Source of the DNA: Microthyrium microscopicum
Taxonomy: Eukaryota
Assembly (NCBI GenBank): GCA_010405405.1
Contig: MU004232.1
Span: 267,481 to 331,480 of the forward strand
Direction: 5' to 3'
Length of the DNA stretch: 64,000 nucleotides
A model generated the notes under the pieces. The model worked only from the letters and a program-made list of their open reading frames with translations. It made no database searches and was not told the DNA's origin. The translations under genes and the position numbers were made by a program. How positions within the stretch are numbered: the first letter of the stretch is position 1; each line of letters opens with the position of its first letter. Below are positions 14,701 through 27,337 of this stretch, piece by piece.

Positions 14701-17700
14701 AAAGATTAGGTAGACGTAGGTAATATACTCTTCTTTAGTCTTACTCTAAATAAGAATGTTATTAAGGTAGACTATAATAAAGTTATTAAGGTATTTATAT
14801 ACTACGTTATTAATATAAGATTAAAAGCTTCTTAATAATTCTATTATACTAAATAGCATCACTAAGATTTTAAAGAGTCTATAGCGTATTAAGAACGCGA
14901 TCTTATGCTTATCTTCTTTACGAATTTAAATATTATTAAAGGTAGCAATAACGTTAAATTATAAAAAGAATTTTACCTTATAAATCTTTATTAAAGTTTC
15001 TATTAAGAATAAAGATATATTTTAGTTAGTTAGTATAATTTTATTAAGTCTATAATAGTTAACGTAGATATAAATACTACTACCTAGTTTACTAATGTAT
15101 AATATAGATATAGCGTAATAAGAGGTACTTAGTTAGATAAAGCTTTTTTTAAGCATATTCTTAATATATTTCTTAACAACTTATGCCTATTAGCAAGATA
15201 TACTATAGGATTTACGTATAGGTACTTTTATATTTAGATTAATAGTAATAGCATAGTTAAAGCCTAGTTAATATAGTAGTAGCTTATTAGCTTAGTAAGA
15301 GTTAAATAAGGAAACGTAGTAATAAAACTCTAGTAGTATTAATTTTAGTAATTCCTCTCGCGTTAGTAAGTTATAATTAAGCTTTTCACGCTATTTAGTA
15401 TAGTCTTTAGTAAAGATTATAATAATGCTAGCAACGTTCTACTAAGGAATAGGGTTAAGGTCTTCTTCCTCTTCTAAGGCGTTAAAGTCTTCTTAGTAAA
15501 AAGCTATAAAATAGTAATCTTTACGCTATATTATAGCTATAAAGACTTATAGTAATACTATATAAATATTAAGGGTTCCTTTTTATTGTTTATCTATAAC
15601 TACTTAATCTTTATAGTTAATAGTTATTAGGTAATAGAAAGCTATATAGTATCTTATATAATACTTAAAGTAGAAGCTTAATATACGTTAGTCTTTCTAG
15701 AGTATAATTTTATGCTTATTTATTTACAAGTCGCTAAGGATTATATTATAGTTAGCAACTTTTATTACAAAGTATAGAATCTATTTAAAGTAGATACTAA
15801 TACGTAATATAATAGCTACTATATAGGTTATTTTTATAATAGCGTAGCTATTAGCTATTTTAGCGTAGTAGAGTTAGGTTATCTCTACTAATAGAATACT
15901 ATAGATTTAGAGGTAATAAGAGTTAATGATACTAAAGGCATTACTACCTATATTAATTAGGACTTTTGTTTTAGTGTACGCATTATTATTAATAAGAATA
16001 TTACTAGTAGTATTCTACTATTAGCCTATTTTTAGAATAGAATATTTTAGTAATTAGTTAATAAGGACATAAGCTACTAATATGCATATAATAGCTATGC
16101 TTATAGGGTTACTTTTAGTTTTAAAGTTACTTAAGTAGTTAATAATAGCCTCTATCTAACGTTTTCATTATTTATTATATGCTTCTATTTTATTTAGCTC
16201 CTCTACGTAGCGTTATAAAAAAGCGTCTAGTTTCTCTAGTCCTAGTAGTAATAATTACTATATATTAATAAGTAATTATTTAGTAGGGTTAGGTTTTATA
16301 CTTAAGTATTATCTTATTATAGACAAATACTAGCAAGTTTAGTAGTAATGTTAGAATTAGAGAGAGCTAATTTGCCTTTATACTTTAAATTCTTATCTTT
16401 ATAGTTATAACCTTATTCGCTATATTAGGTATAGTAGTAGTCTTATATAAGACGTTAGTATAGAGTAGTCTTACGACGTAGTATATAGTTAATTTAGTTA
16501 TTAGTTTAGTTACTATTATTATTATTCTAATTGCTAAACGGCTTATTATTATTATTAGTTTTACGTTTAAGGTTTTAGTTAATAACTTATAATTTGTTAA
16601 TATACTTAGCAATAGTAGTAGCTTTTAAAAGGAATAGATATTATATAATTTCTTTAACGATTATATACTTAAGGTAAGTAACCTTATCTACTTTTATAAG
16701 GCTAGCGTTAGTAATTTTGCTATTAAACTTAGTAATATATAGAGTAAGCTTCTTAGTCTTCTTTATTTAATTTAAGAAATTTTATAATTAGGTAATAGTA
16801 TCTTTATAAGTATTATATTTCTAAGTATATTAATCTAGGTCTTCTTAGAACTCTATTATATTAGAGTATAGGTTTAGTAATTCGTATTAAGTATAATCTT
16901 TAACGAACCTAAGGATAATATTAAGAGTCTTACTATGTACCTAAATAGTAGCGTCTAGTTTTATAGAGAATAAGGCTTACTTATTATAAAGATAGTCTTT
17001 AATATAAAGCTTCTACGTAGAATATTATTTAAGGTTATAACCTAAGTATTTACCTAGATTGCTCTATTTACGTTTCTTACTTTTACTACTAACTAAGAAT
17101 CTAGATACTACTAGGGTTAGGCTATTAGTTTAAATATAAGGGGCTTATTAATAAGGGGAAAGTATTACTCGTTTGTCGTTAGAGTTAAGTTAGTAGATAT
17201 TCTCTTTAGACTTATATATAAACTAACTAAGCTAGTTCTTAAGATCTTTATTCTAAAGGCAAAGGGCTATAATCTTATTACGCTTCTTAGTATAGGAAGT
17301 ACGTAATTATTTAATATTATTAAGTGCTTTATTAAGTTCCTATCAATTTATATTATAGGCGTTCTCTAGATAGAGGACATATTCATTATTCTTATAGTTA
17401 GCTTTAATTATGCAATTAAGTTATTAGTAAAGTTAATCTACCTTCTTACGTTACTTATTAGCTATAACTATAGTATTATTAAGTTTATTAGTTATGTCTT
17501 TAACCTTTTATTCATAGTATTAACTTATATTAGTTATATTATTTAGCTAGGCATAGGTTTCTTAAGTATAGAGGTTAGCTACTTATACTAATTTAATATA
17601 GCTACGTAGCTACTTAAACTAGAGTTTTAATAATATTATAATACTATGAAAGAAACCTTTATAAGTCTTAATAACTTCTAGGTATAAATTACCCTAAGTA

Positions 17701-18726
17701 TAATATATAAGTATAGAGTCTAGAGAAACGCTTTTAATAATACTATCTAAAGGGATAGTTTCCTAGGCTTAGAAGATAACTTCTTTATAAAGAAGTTATA
17801 TAGAGGATACTTAAGTCTTCTTATTAAGAGTAATTAACTAGTAGGTAATAAAATAAAAGGGTATCTAGTAGTTTAATAGTAACTCCTTAATCTAGGCTTA
17901 GTCTACTAGTTAAAGGGTAGTAATTAGAGGATCTATAGAGGATATCTTTCCTTTACCTTTAGTCTAGAATTATAACTAGCTATAAATATAGCTACTCTTA
18001 GCAATTTCTAAGATATTAGATAGTAAAGGTACTTTAGTAATAAAATTATAATAAGAGTATAAGAAATTATAGCGTAAAAAGTAACTATAAGGTAGTTCTA
18101 TAGTAGTATTCTCTTTATTACTATTAATCTAGGTATAAGGTTACATAATTATAAACTAAGTAGTATTCTAAGTCTTTAATTATTATTACTTACAAAGATA
18201 AGATATAGAGTAAGTCCTATAGGTCTTAACAATATCTCCTATAGTAAGATAAAGGTTTAATATTAAGTAAGTATAAGTAGTAAGTATGAGCGCTAAGAAG
18301 TCTTAAAACAAAGTATAAATAAGTTATAAAGATATAATAAGTAATTTAGAGAAGGAAGTAGGTAGTCTAATTTATTATAGTTTATCTTTAAGGCTTATTA
18401 TAGTATAGCAAAATAAGTAAAGTCTTGCTATAGGTATAGTAGTAAAGAAAAGTAGTAGTAGTAAAGAATTATTAACCTATAAGTCTAATAGGGTAGAAGT
18501 TCTAAGTTAACTAGGATTCTTTAATTACTCTAATTAGACGCTAGGAGTCTAAGCTTCTAGCAAGGTTAAAGATTAAGAATTTATATATTTACCACGCTAG
18601 TAGGTTAAATCTACTAGGATCTAAAAATAGGATTCTATATTTATATAAGTAGACGTATCAAATCTTTAGATTTTAATATACTAAAAATTAGGATTATTTT
18701 TTAAATAGTATAAGGTATTAGTTTTA

Positions 18727-18928
18727 TATTAGGGACCTACGAGCATAAGGGTACAAGCTAACGATAGATATAATTTAAGAAAACTAATATAAAGAATCTA
18801 AGAGAGAGGGTAGGGAACAGTTATAGGTAAGCTACGCTAGATAATCCTTAAGCACTAAGCCCTTAGCATTACGTAACAGAGGATACCAATAATGTTACAA
18901 TAGGATCAATAGTAGCAGATCCATAACA
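18727..18928 (-). repeat. 5' LTR of the nested element
   Basis: Direct repeat of 11525-11726, ending ...ataaca and followed by the AATTC duplication. Confidence 0.93.
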
Positions 18929-21900
18929 AATTCTATAGCTATAAAGTAAGAGGTTAGTAAATCTAATTCTTACGTAAAAAGACTACTTTAATTAAGTTTT
19001 AGCTTATACCTAAGAACGTATATAAAGTATATTAATTCTTTAGTCTTACTTTATACTATTAGTAGTATATTAAAAACTTTATTAAGATTACTATTCTTAT
19101 CTTTAACCTTTTAAAGGAAGCTAATCTAGATATTAGGAAAAAGAAGTATTACCTTATTACTTAAACTTATTAATATACTATAGCCTTTAATAGAATTAAG
19201 ACTCTATTAACTTTATTACTTATCTTAGTAGTATATAATTTATAAAAGCTTATAAAGCTTTAAATAGATACTTTAGATTATATAATTAGTTATAAGCTAG
19301 TATAAGAAAATAACTAAAGTAAATAGTACCTAGTTACTTTTAATAGCTATAAGCTAAATAAAGCTAAACTTAATTATTTAGTATATAAGAAAGAGCTTTT
19401 TATAGTTAAGGATATAATTAGAAAATACTAATACTACTTCTTAAAGAAGACTACTAAAGTAATTATAAATTATAATAGCTTATAATATATAAATATAATT
19501 AAGAATAATACTTAACGTATTACTTAATAGATTAAAGAGTTCTAAGAATTTAATCTTATCTTTATATATTATAAGAGTTCTTAAGTAGTAGTTTCTAATA
19601 CTCTTAGTTATTATTTAAACTTTTAAGAAAAATAGATTAATATTATTTAGGAAATAGAGCCTAAAGATAATAATAATAACTTATTTTCTAAGGCGTAAGC
19701 TACCTTATTAGAACCTTTATAAGAGTAAAAAGAATAAGAAGCTCTCTATATATAGAGCTTATAAAAAGTATTAAAAAAGAAAAATTATACTATTTTTACT
19801 AGTATATAAAAGAAACTTTAAAAAAGTATTCTTAATTATTTTTAGATTAACTCTAATAAAGATATTAAAAAAAAATATAAGTATTTATTCTTAGAGAAAA
19901 ATTTTACTAAAGCTAAAATACTTACTAATTTACTCTATATTTACTTATTCTACTACTAAGATTTTATTAAGAAAGTATATAATTAATATAAGTATCTATT
20001 ATATATAAGCCTTACTAGTATTCTTAAACTAAAAGATTAATAGCTAGAAATAAAGAATAACTTTTAAGAATTTATCTAATTCTATTCTATATATTAAGTT
20101 TAATAGATAGATTAAAGTAGGCCTAAGTATAAGTCCTACTATTAAGTATAAAACCTATAGCTATTTAAGGCTTAGGGAATTAACTTAATTAATAAACTTT
20201 TATAAAGTCTCTTTAGGAATTAGTATATTATCTATATAATTAACTATACTATAAGATAGCTTATTATAAAAGTAGTACTAAATATTACTACTTTTATAGT
20301 TATAGAATTTATTTATAGAAAAATTATTTTAGAATATAGTCTTTCTTAATTATTAACTTTAAATAATAAACTTTAGTTTATTTTAGATATAATTCTATTC
20401 TTATTATAATAAATAAAGACTAAGTACTACTTAATAGCCTTATATAACCCTTAGTTTAATAAGAAGATTAAGAGATTTAATAACCTACTAAGTATATTTC
20501 TAACTAAGTTCTTAGAAGAAAAACTTATAACTAGCTAGGATCTATACTTAAATTAGGTAATTTATACTACTAAGATATAAGCTTATATTATATTAGAAAT
20601 ATCTTTTTTTTTCCTTATTTATAAAAGAGATCTTAAGAACTTTAAAATAGACTAAGTAAAGAAAAATAAATAGGCTAAATTAACTAGTACTATACTTCTT
20701 ATCTATATAATTATAGAAGATTACTTAAAGAAGGTTAAAACTATTAGGTAAGTTTATTATAATGCCTTATTAAAATAAGCTATAGCTTTAAACCTTATTA
20801 ATAGTAATATAATTTTAAAAAAGGACTTTATTATTAAGTTTCTTATAGATTCTTATATACTTCTTAAAAACTTAAATAAAACTAAGTTTTAGGTAGTATA
20901 GTTTAGCTTTTATAAAGTCTTAAAGGTCTACTCCTTAAGAATATACGCTCTTAAGATACCTAATAAAAAAGTATTTAAAAACCTTATTTATAGGAATTAC
21001 TTTATATAAGTATATATATAAGAAGAAAATAAATACTATTACTAAAACTAGTTATATTCTAAGTATAAGTAATTAAGTAAGAATAACCTTAAAGATATCT
21101 TAAATAAAGAGTATAGAAGTAAAATAAATATATTTACTATAACTAAGAAAGACTAGCTTAATAAATTAAGGAATCTTTTAATAGAGTTAATTAATATTAA
21201 GAGGTCTAATACTAGGAAATATTACTTAAGTTTATTTACTATTCTTTTTAACTTTATAAAAAAAGTTTAGGAAGCTAAAGTAAATATTTATAGATAAGAA
21301 AAGAAATACTTTATAGTAATTATTTATAACCTAAGTAATAACTTAAAGACTTTTATAGCGTTAGAATATATTCTTCTTAACCTAATTTTAGCTTTAGTAT
21401 AAAGTAATCTAGAATAGATAAAGTAAATTATATAGAAAGTAAAATATTTTATAGTATTATAAAATTTAGTAAGAAAAAAGAATAATAATATTCTTATCTC
21501 CTTAAATTAAAGCTTAATAAAAAAGAAAATTTTTCTAACTATAGTAAATTAAGAATTAATCTTTATATTACTAAAATAATAAGAGTAGAGAGATAAATTA
21601 TTAAGGCTAAGGAGCTATAATAAGATTACTATTTTAATTACTTATACGCCTATACTAGAAGTAATAAATCTATATAAATAAGTATCTAATCTTAGAAAAA
21701 ACTATTAAGGTATTAACTCTTTATTACTAGATATTATAAAAGTAGAGGTTTTTTCTATAGATTATCCTAAACCTAGTCTACTATAAAATATAGATATAAC
21801 TAAAGGATTCTTATAAAATACTAATATATTTAGGCTAACTATAATATTTAGTAGTTTTATATACCTTAGTACTAGCTTATAATATTTAGAATTAGAATAA

Positions 21901-24758
21901 AGATAGTAGAAAGCTACTCCTAAATAAAAGATTATTCTATATATAGATATAGGTAAAGTGCCTATAAGAAAAAAAAGAAAAATTAATTTTTTATTATCTT
22001 TTTTATAATCTTTCTTAATTATATTTATTTAAGAAAACTATTTATAAGAAATTACTTTTATTTATTATTAATTTAAGTAAACTATTATAAGTAATAATAA
22101 CTAAAATTAAACCTTTAAATCTTCTTAATAATTCTTAAGACTATTACTAAGGTTATTTAAATATAATAAGCTATTTCTAAATCTTTTTAGTAATCCTTAG
22201 AACTATTACTAAAAGCCTTTTTATAAAATATTTAATAGTAAGAAATAGGAAACCTAAATAACTTAAATTTCTAAGCTAATTTACTACTTTTTAGTTTTAA
22301 AGTAACGTAAGCTTAATACTACTTTTCTTTATTCCTTAAAAGATAACTAACTCTAAGAGTTTAGTTCTATTTTTTTCTCTATATAAGTAAGCTAATATAC
22401 TTCTTTTCTACTAGAATTAAACATAATTAATAAAGCTTTTAAATAACCTAAAAATAGCATAGATAATAAGCTATTAGTAAAGCTATAAATAGGAGTAATA
22501 GGTAGTCTAGTAACTATTTATATTAATTATATAGTACTTATACTTACTTTTTTTATTATAAATAAGTAATATTATTTACTATTTAAGGTATAATTTATAT
22601 AAGCCTTATTAAATATAAAATTACTTTTTATATTCTAGAAGACTATATAATTATACTAAGTAATAACTTCTTTATCTAAAAGCTTAAGTATATAGTAGTA
22701 TTTATATTTATTATAATACTAGTTAGGTTAGTAACTCTAAATATAAATTATAGCTACTTATAGCTTATTACTACTAGATAATAGATTAGTTATTACTATA
22801 GTAGCTAGCTTAGTCTAAGTAAGACTATGCTTAATATAGTACTTAAGTAATACTAAAATCTTTTAAGGAATTTTAACTCCTTAATTCTAAAAATCTTATA
22901 AAACTTAGATAAGCTTATTCTAAGTCTTTTTCTTATATATCTATAACTAGTAGTTTAAATAAATTAATTAACTACTTACTATAGTATAAGCTATATTATT
23001 AAGTAAATACTTATAAGTCTACTTATTAAGCTTTTTTAAGAGAGTTAAATAATAACCTAAACTAGGCTTTACTTTAATTTAAGGCTTAAGTAAAGTCTTA
23101 TACGTACTATTTTACTTTTTTATAAGCTAATATAATAGCGTCTTTATCTTCTTCTTACTTAAAGACTTAATATACTCTAGTTTATTCTTAGGAATATTTA
23201 AGAAGCTAGTTTTATTAACTATATACTTATATACTTATAAAATACTATAAGTTTATTTTAGCTTAGGTATTATATAATAGTAGTAGCCTTAACTATATTC
23301 TTAATTAATAATTTAGTATAAGGTTATTTTAGAGTATACTAAGCTATTTTAAATATACTAAAGTATATTTTCTACTACTTAAACTTAGGAATATATTATA
23401 TCTTACTTTATATATACTTATATAAAATTAAGTAGTATAATATTTAAGAAGTTATAGTTTAAACTAAAGGTATTAATAATATAAGTACTTAATATTATAA
23501 ATAGCTTAATTTTATTTTAATCTAAGAGACTTATTTCTTAGAGCTATTAAAGTATTATTTATATTAAAGTATTCTTCTTAATAAAACCTACCTTTTATTT
23601 AGATATCTCTTAAGTAGCTTACTTATAAGCTAACTTTTACTAGTAAAAGAACTTACTTTCTAAAACTAGAAGATATTATCTAAACGTAGGTAATTATTTA
23701 TAAGATTATCTTATCTTAGAATTAATATTATAATAGCTTATAGAAGCTTACTAATAAGCTTTTTTAAGAAAAGGATTTAGATAGTTAATACTCTATTAAT
23801 AACTAGATCTAGCTAAAGAAAGTAGAAAGTAGTTATTATTATTCCTTATACTTAGAAATCTTAATATACTACTTTATTAGCTATAAGCTTTAGCTAAAGA
23901 AAATAGATATATAGGCGTATTTATAAATAATTATAGACGTTCTTTAAAATAAGGTTAAGTAACTAGACTTAAAAACTAAGTAATAGAACTTAAAGCTTAC
24001 TATAAAGATTTAGCTTAATTATATTAAGCCTAAGAAACTTAAGAGTAAGTACTATACTTTTTAGATAGCTTTAAAGATAACGTAATTAGCTTAGTATAAG
24101 GAGCTATTCTAAAGAGCTCTTATAATTAAGAGCTTAAGAAGAATTAAGGATTAAAGAAGAAAAATATATAAAGCTATTTATACTTAATAATATTAAAAAT
24201 ATAAGAAAAAATCTACTTTTACTAGCTTAAAGTATTATAGAAGTATAATAAAAAAGAAGAAAAGAAGATAATAAATTATAAAGCTTTATAAATATAGAAT
24301 TAGGCCTTTATCTTATATTTACTTAGACTAATAATTACTACTTAGTTCTTTATTACTACTTATATATTACTTCTTATAAACTTTATTCTTTAAGGCCTTA
24401 AAGCATAGATTATATATATTCCTTACTAGATTAAGTAGCTTTAATATACTTATATAAATTCCTTATAATTTCTTAATTTACTACTACTAATAGCCTCTAT
24501 ATAAATAAATCTTCTTAAAAGGATTAGGAACTATAAATACTTAAGTACTATTTATAATAGTTTAACTTAGATCTTAAAGAAAATCTTAGGAAAATAATTC
24601 CTTAAAGATTACCTTATAGTATAACTAAGGTAATAACCCTAAACCTTAAGTAAAAGTTCTTTATTAATTATTATAATATTCTTTTTATTTTACTTATTTA
24701 TTAAAGCTATAATTATAGAATTTATAATCTTAAGAGAGTTTACGCTAGTAAAAGAGAA

Positions 24759-24910
24759 TATTATAATAAAGAATATACTAAGGAATTAGATAATTATAAG
24801 ACCTAATTAGGGATAATATAATCTCCTAATTAGCATATTCTAAAAACTATATTAGGCCCTTAGACTCTCGTAGTAATTAACCACGCTTTATTTCTCATAT
24901 TCTTGCAACA
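24759..24910 (+). repeat. 3' LTR of the outer element
   Basis: Ends ...ttgcaaca and is followed by ATTTG. Confidence 0.95.
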
Positions 24911-25071
24911 ATTTGAATACTGCATCCATCACGTGCCTGCCCTCCCAGCACCCTCAGCCAATATTCAATCTTCAACCTCCTCTGCTACAGCTCATTACTC
25001 CACTCTCTCTCCATCAACAACCCCTATTCCGCCCTCACTCAAAACACATTCATCACATTCTTCCGTCAATC

Positions 25072-26898
25072 ATGTCTGAATATATAGGGTAAGGCCACCA
25101 AAATATCCCAATTAGCTAGCTAACAAACCTCTCTAGCTCCAAGATATCTCTGATATCCAAGAGCGACATCCGCTATGTCGGCACGCTGGTTGAAATAAAC
25201 TCCGAGAACTCGACAGTCGCGCTCGAACAGGTCATGTCATATGGCACAGAAGACCGTCGCACCGGCGACGAATCCTTCCCTCCTTCAACCTCCCTTTTCG
25301 AATACATCCTATTTCGTGGTAGCGATGTCAAAGACCTGAGAATAGAAGAACCAGCAAAAGAGCCTTCTCCGCCACAACCACCGTCAATGCCAAACGACCC
25401 TGCTATTCTTGGAGTAAGTCTTTCCTCTACCACCTCGACAAGCACTGTGATGAAGTATTCCGGATGTAAAATTACACTTTGGCCGAGAGCGCAAGCCCAA
25501 AAGGGTTCATGTGGATATTTCCGTTGCCTTCCTTCTGATCTGCTATCAACCTCATCTACATTAGCATATATGTGTTCTTCAATAGCTGACAAGCTCTAGT
25601 CTGCCAGACCCAACAAGCCTACACCTACTCAACAGCCTAGCCAACCTGCTCCTCCTCCAGGTCCTGGCCCGCAAGGCTTCCCTCCCCATCACCCACAATT
25701 CAATCAATTCGGTCCCTATGGAGGCATGCCACCACAAGGACCACCACCTGGAGGATTCGGTCGTGGCTTCCCTCCTGGGGGCCCACCTGGTCCATTTCCA
25801 GGAGGCTATCCAGGCATGCACTTTGGACCAGGTGGTCCCAATGGCCCACCCCCAGGATGGTACCCCCCCGGTCAAGGATTTCCGCCTGGTCAGTTTCCTC
25901 AGGGCCCTGGTATGCCTCCTGGGCCCCCAGGCCACCAAAAACAGCATGGTCCGCAACAAAATCGAGAACAAATTCCAGTGGAAAAAGATTCCGATACCAA
26001 GGCTGCCCCCGAAGTGTCCGCAAAAAAAGCAACCGAAAGCACACCAGCTGCTAAACCAGCCGCAGATGGACCACCTCCACCTGTCGAATCGAAGCCCGAT
26101 GTTGCAACTGCTATTGCTCCTCCTGTGCAGACTAGCAAACCGCCCACTGGTCCCAAAGGAAAAGTTGCTTTACCCCGTCCCGGACAAACAAGACAACCTG
26201 CAGAGCAAGCTACCACCCGAGTGCAAGCCCAAACAACTGTAATTGCGACTTCGACACAGCAAACTACGGCTCAACAAGCAGCCGCCGCTGTGGCTGCAGC
26301 CATGGCCAAAATACCAATGGCGGCGAAAGCTCAGTCAGCTCAACAACCACAGAATGGTGTTGACAATTTGACCCGAAAACTCAACGAGATGCGTACGCAA
26401 GATTCTACCCGCCCAGCAAGATCAGGTTTCCGAGGTGTCGGCCGTGGACGTGGTCGTGGAGCTCATCAAGGGCGAGTGGAAATCCCAGCCACTGACTTTG
26501 ACTTTGAACAATCAAACAAGAAATTCAATAAGGAAGATCTCGCGAAAGAAGCTCTGACAACACCAGAGCCTCATGGCAATGGTGCTGCCGAAGACGAGCA
26601 GAGTGAAGATGTGGTGATACCACCGCCTCAACAAGGTGGGGCATACAACAAAACTTCTAGCTTCTTTGACAATATTTCATCCGAGCTCAAAGATCGAGAG
26701 GAGAAGAAGACCTTCGGTGGTCCCGAGTTCCGTACTGAAGAGCGAAAGAAGAACATTGAAACATTTGGCCAAGGAAGCATAGATGGATATCGCGGCGGAT
26801 ACCGGGGACGCGGTCGAGGCCGAGGCCGTGGACGAGGAGGATTCGTACCTCGCGGCAGAGGCGGAATGCGTGGACGTGGCGCTCCTGTGGAGTTGTAG
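25072..26898 (+). CDS. SCD6: Scd6/Lsm14/Sum2 P-body translational repressor; exons 25072-25088, 25137-25413, 25600-26898
   Basis: The spliced N-terminus [37 protein letters not shown] is the Lsm14 domain. Also present: DFDF box (TDFDFEQSN), FFD box ([10 protein letters not shown]), TFG box ([11 protein letters not shown]) and RGG repeats. All splice sites are canonical and in frame. Confidence 0.96.
25441..25544 (+). ncRNA. snR52: Intronic box C/D snoRNA, snR52-like (predicted guide for the 18S rRNA position equivalent to yeast Am420)
   Basis: Lies in SCD6 intron 2. Box C GTGATGA at 25447-25453, box D CTGA at 25535-25538, terminal stem AGCA/TGCT. The guide GTTGCCTTCCTT is complementary to conserved 18S AAGGAAGGCAGC, and the D+5 rule points to the A after AAGG. 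The 3' end agrees with my recollection of yeast snR52. Confidence 0.85.
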
Positions 26899-27270
26899 AC
26901 CAACGACCAACCATGTCTACGAGGCTATGGCAAATATAGCATATTCTGTTACTCGAGGGCGATGGCAGCCAACGCACTCGATGGGAGCTGGCTACTTATT
27001 CCTTCGAGCGATGACGAACCATATTCACGATGTTCGCCAGAGGATTCTTATAGCGTTCTGGACGAGGACGAACATTTTCTTCTATCAGCACTATGTAACA
27101 TAGACGAGAAGTCTGCCAAAGAACGGCTTATTACTATCGAATATAATCCCGAACGATTTGATCAACGAAGCGAGCCTTCCGTGAGCGACACCCCTGGCCC
27201 AAGCAAAGCCACGAATCGGATTGTGGTAAGATAATCCATCCTTTGCATTTCGTGACACGATGCCATAACT

Positions 27271-27337
27271 CTGTTCATCTTCCCATCGCTGTTCATCTTC
27301 CCATCACTGTTCATCTTCCCCACCGCTGTTCATCTTC
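27271..27337 (+). repeat. 18-bp tandem repeat (ctgttcatcttcccatcg), about 3.7 copies
   Basis: Units start at 27271, 27289, 27307 and 27326. Confidence 0.9.

Larger units (their letters stand above)
11525..18928 (-). mobile_element. Nested RIP-inactivated chromovirus-type Gypsy LTR retrotransposon (7404 bp)
   Basis: 202-bp LTRs, AATTC duplication at 11520-11524 and 18929-18933, minus-strand polypurine tract AGAAGGGGGAG at 11730-11740. De-RIPed minus-strand motifs: protease VLIDTG ~15950, RT IVYLDDIL ~14752-14775, chromodomain-like EWIVDYVIDSK..LQYKVQFVGW..PDWQPW ~12160-12300. Confidence 0.93.
7563..24910 (+). mobile_element. Full-length RIP-inactivated Ty3/Gypsy LTR retrotransposon (outer element, about 9.9 kb without the nested insert)
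   Basis: 152-bp LTRs (consensus TGTTG...CAACA), ATTTG duplication at 7558-7562 and 24911-24915, and a purine tract before the right LTR. Motifs read after reversing RIP changes: CCHC knuckle ~10020-10061, protease AFLDSGA ~10265, RT YEFLVMPFGL ~11280 and IYLDDII ~11381, integrase WGIDLI ~20170 and YNPQxNGKIERFN ~20443, GPY/F ~20905. Order PR-RT-RH-IN. Confidence 0.95.

Noticed and set aside
16385..16612. 75-aa ORF inside the AT-rich block
   Set aside because: I/K/T/L-rich chance ORF within the RIP-mutated nested retrotransposon, not a host gene.
25470..25505. Partial complementarity of the snoRNA interior to the 5' end of U2 snRNA
   Set aside because: The matches are short, need wobbles or bulges, are not clearly positioned at a D or D' box, and are explained by an internal hairpin.
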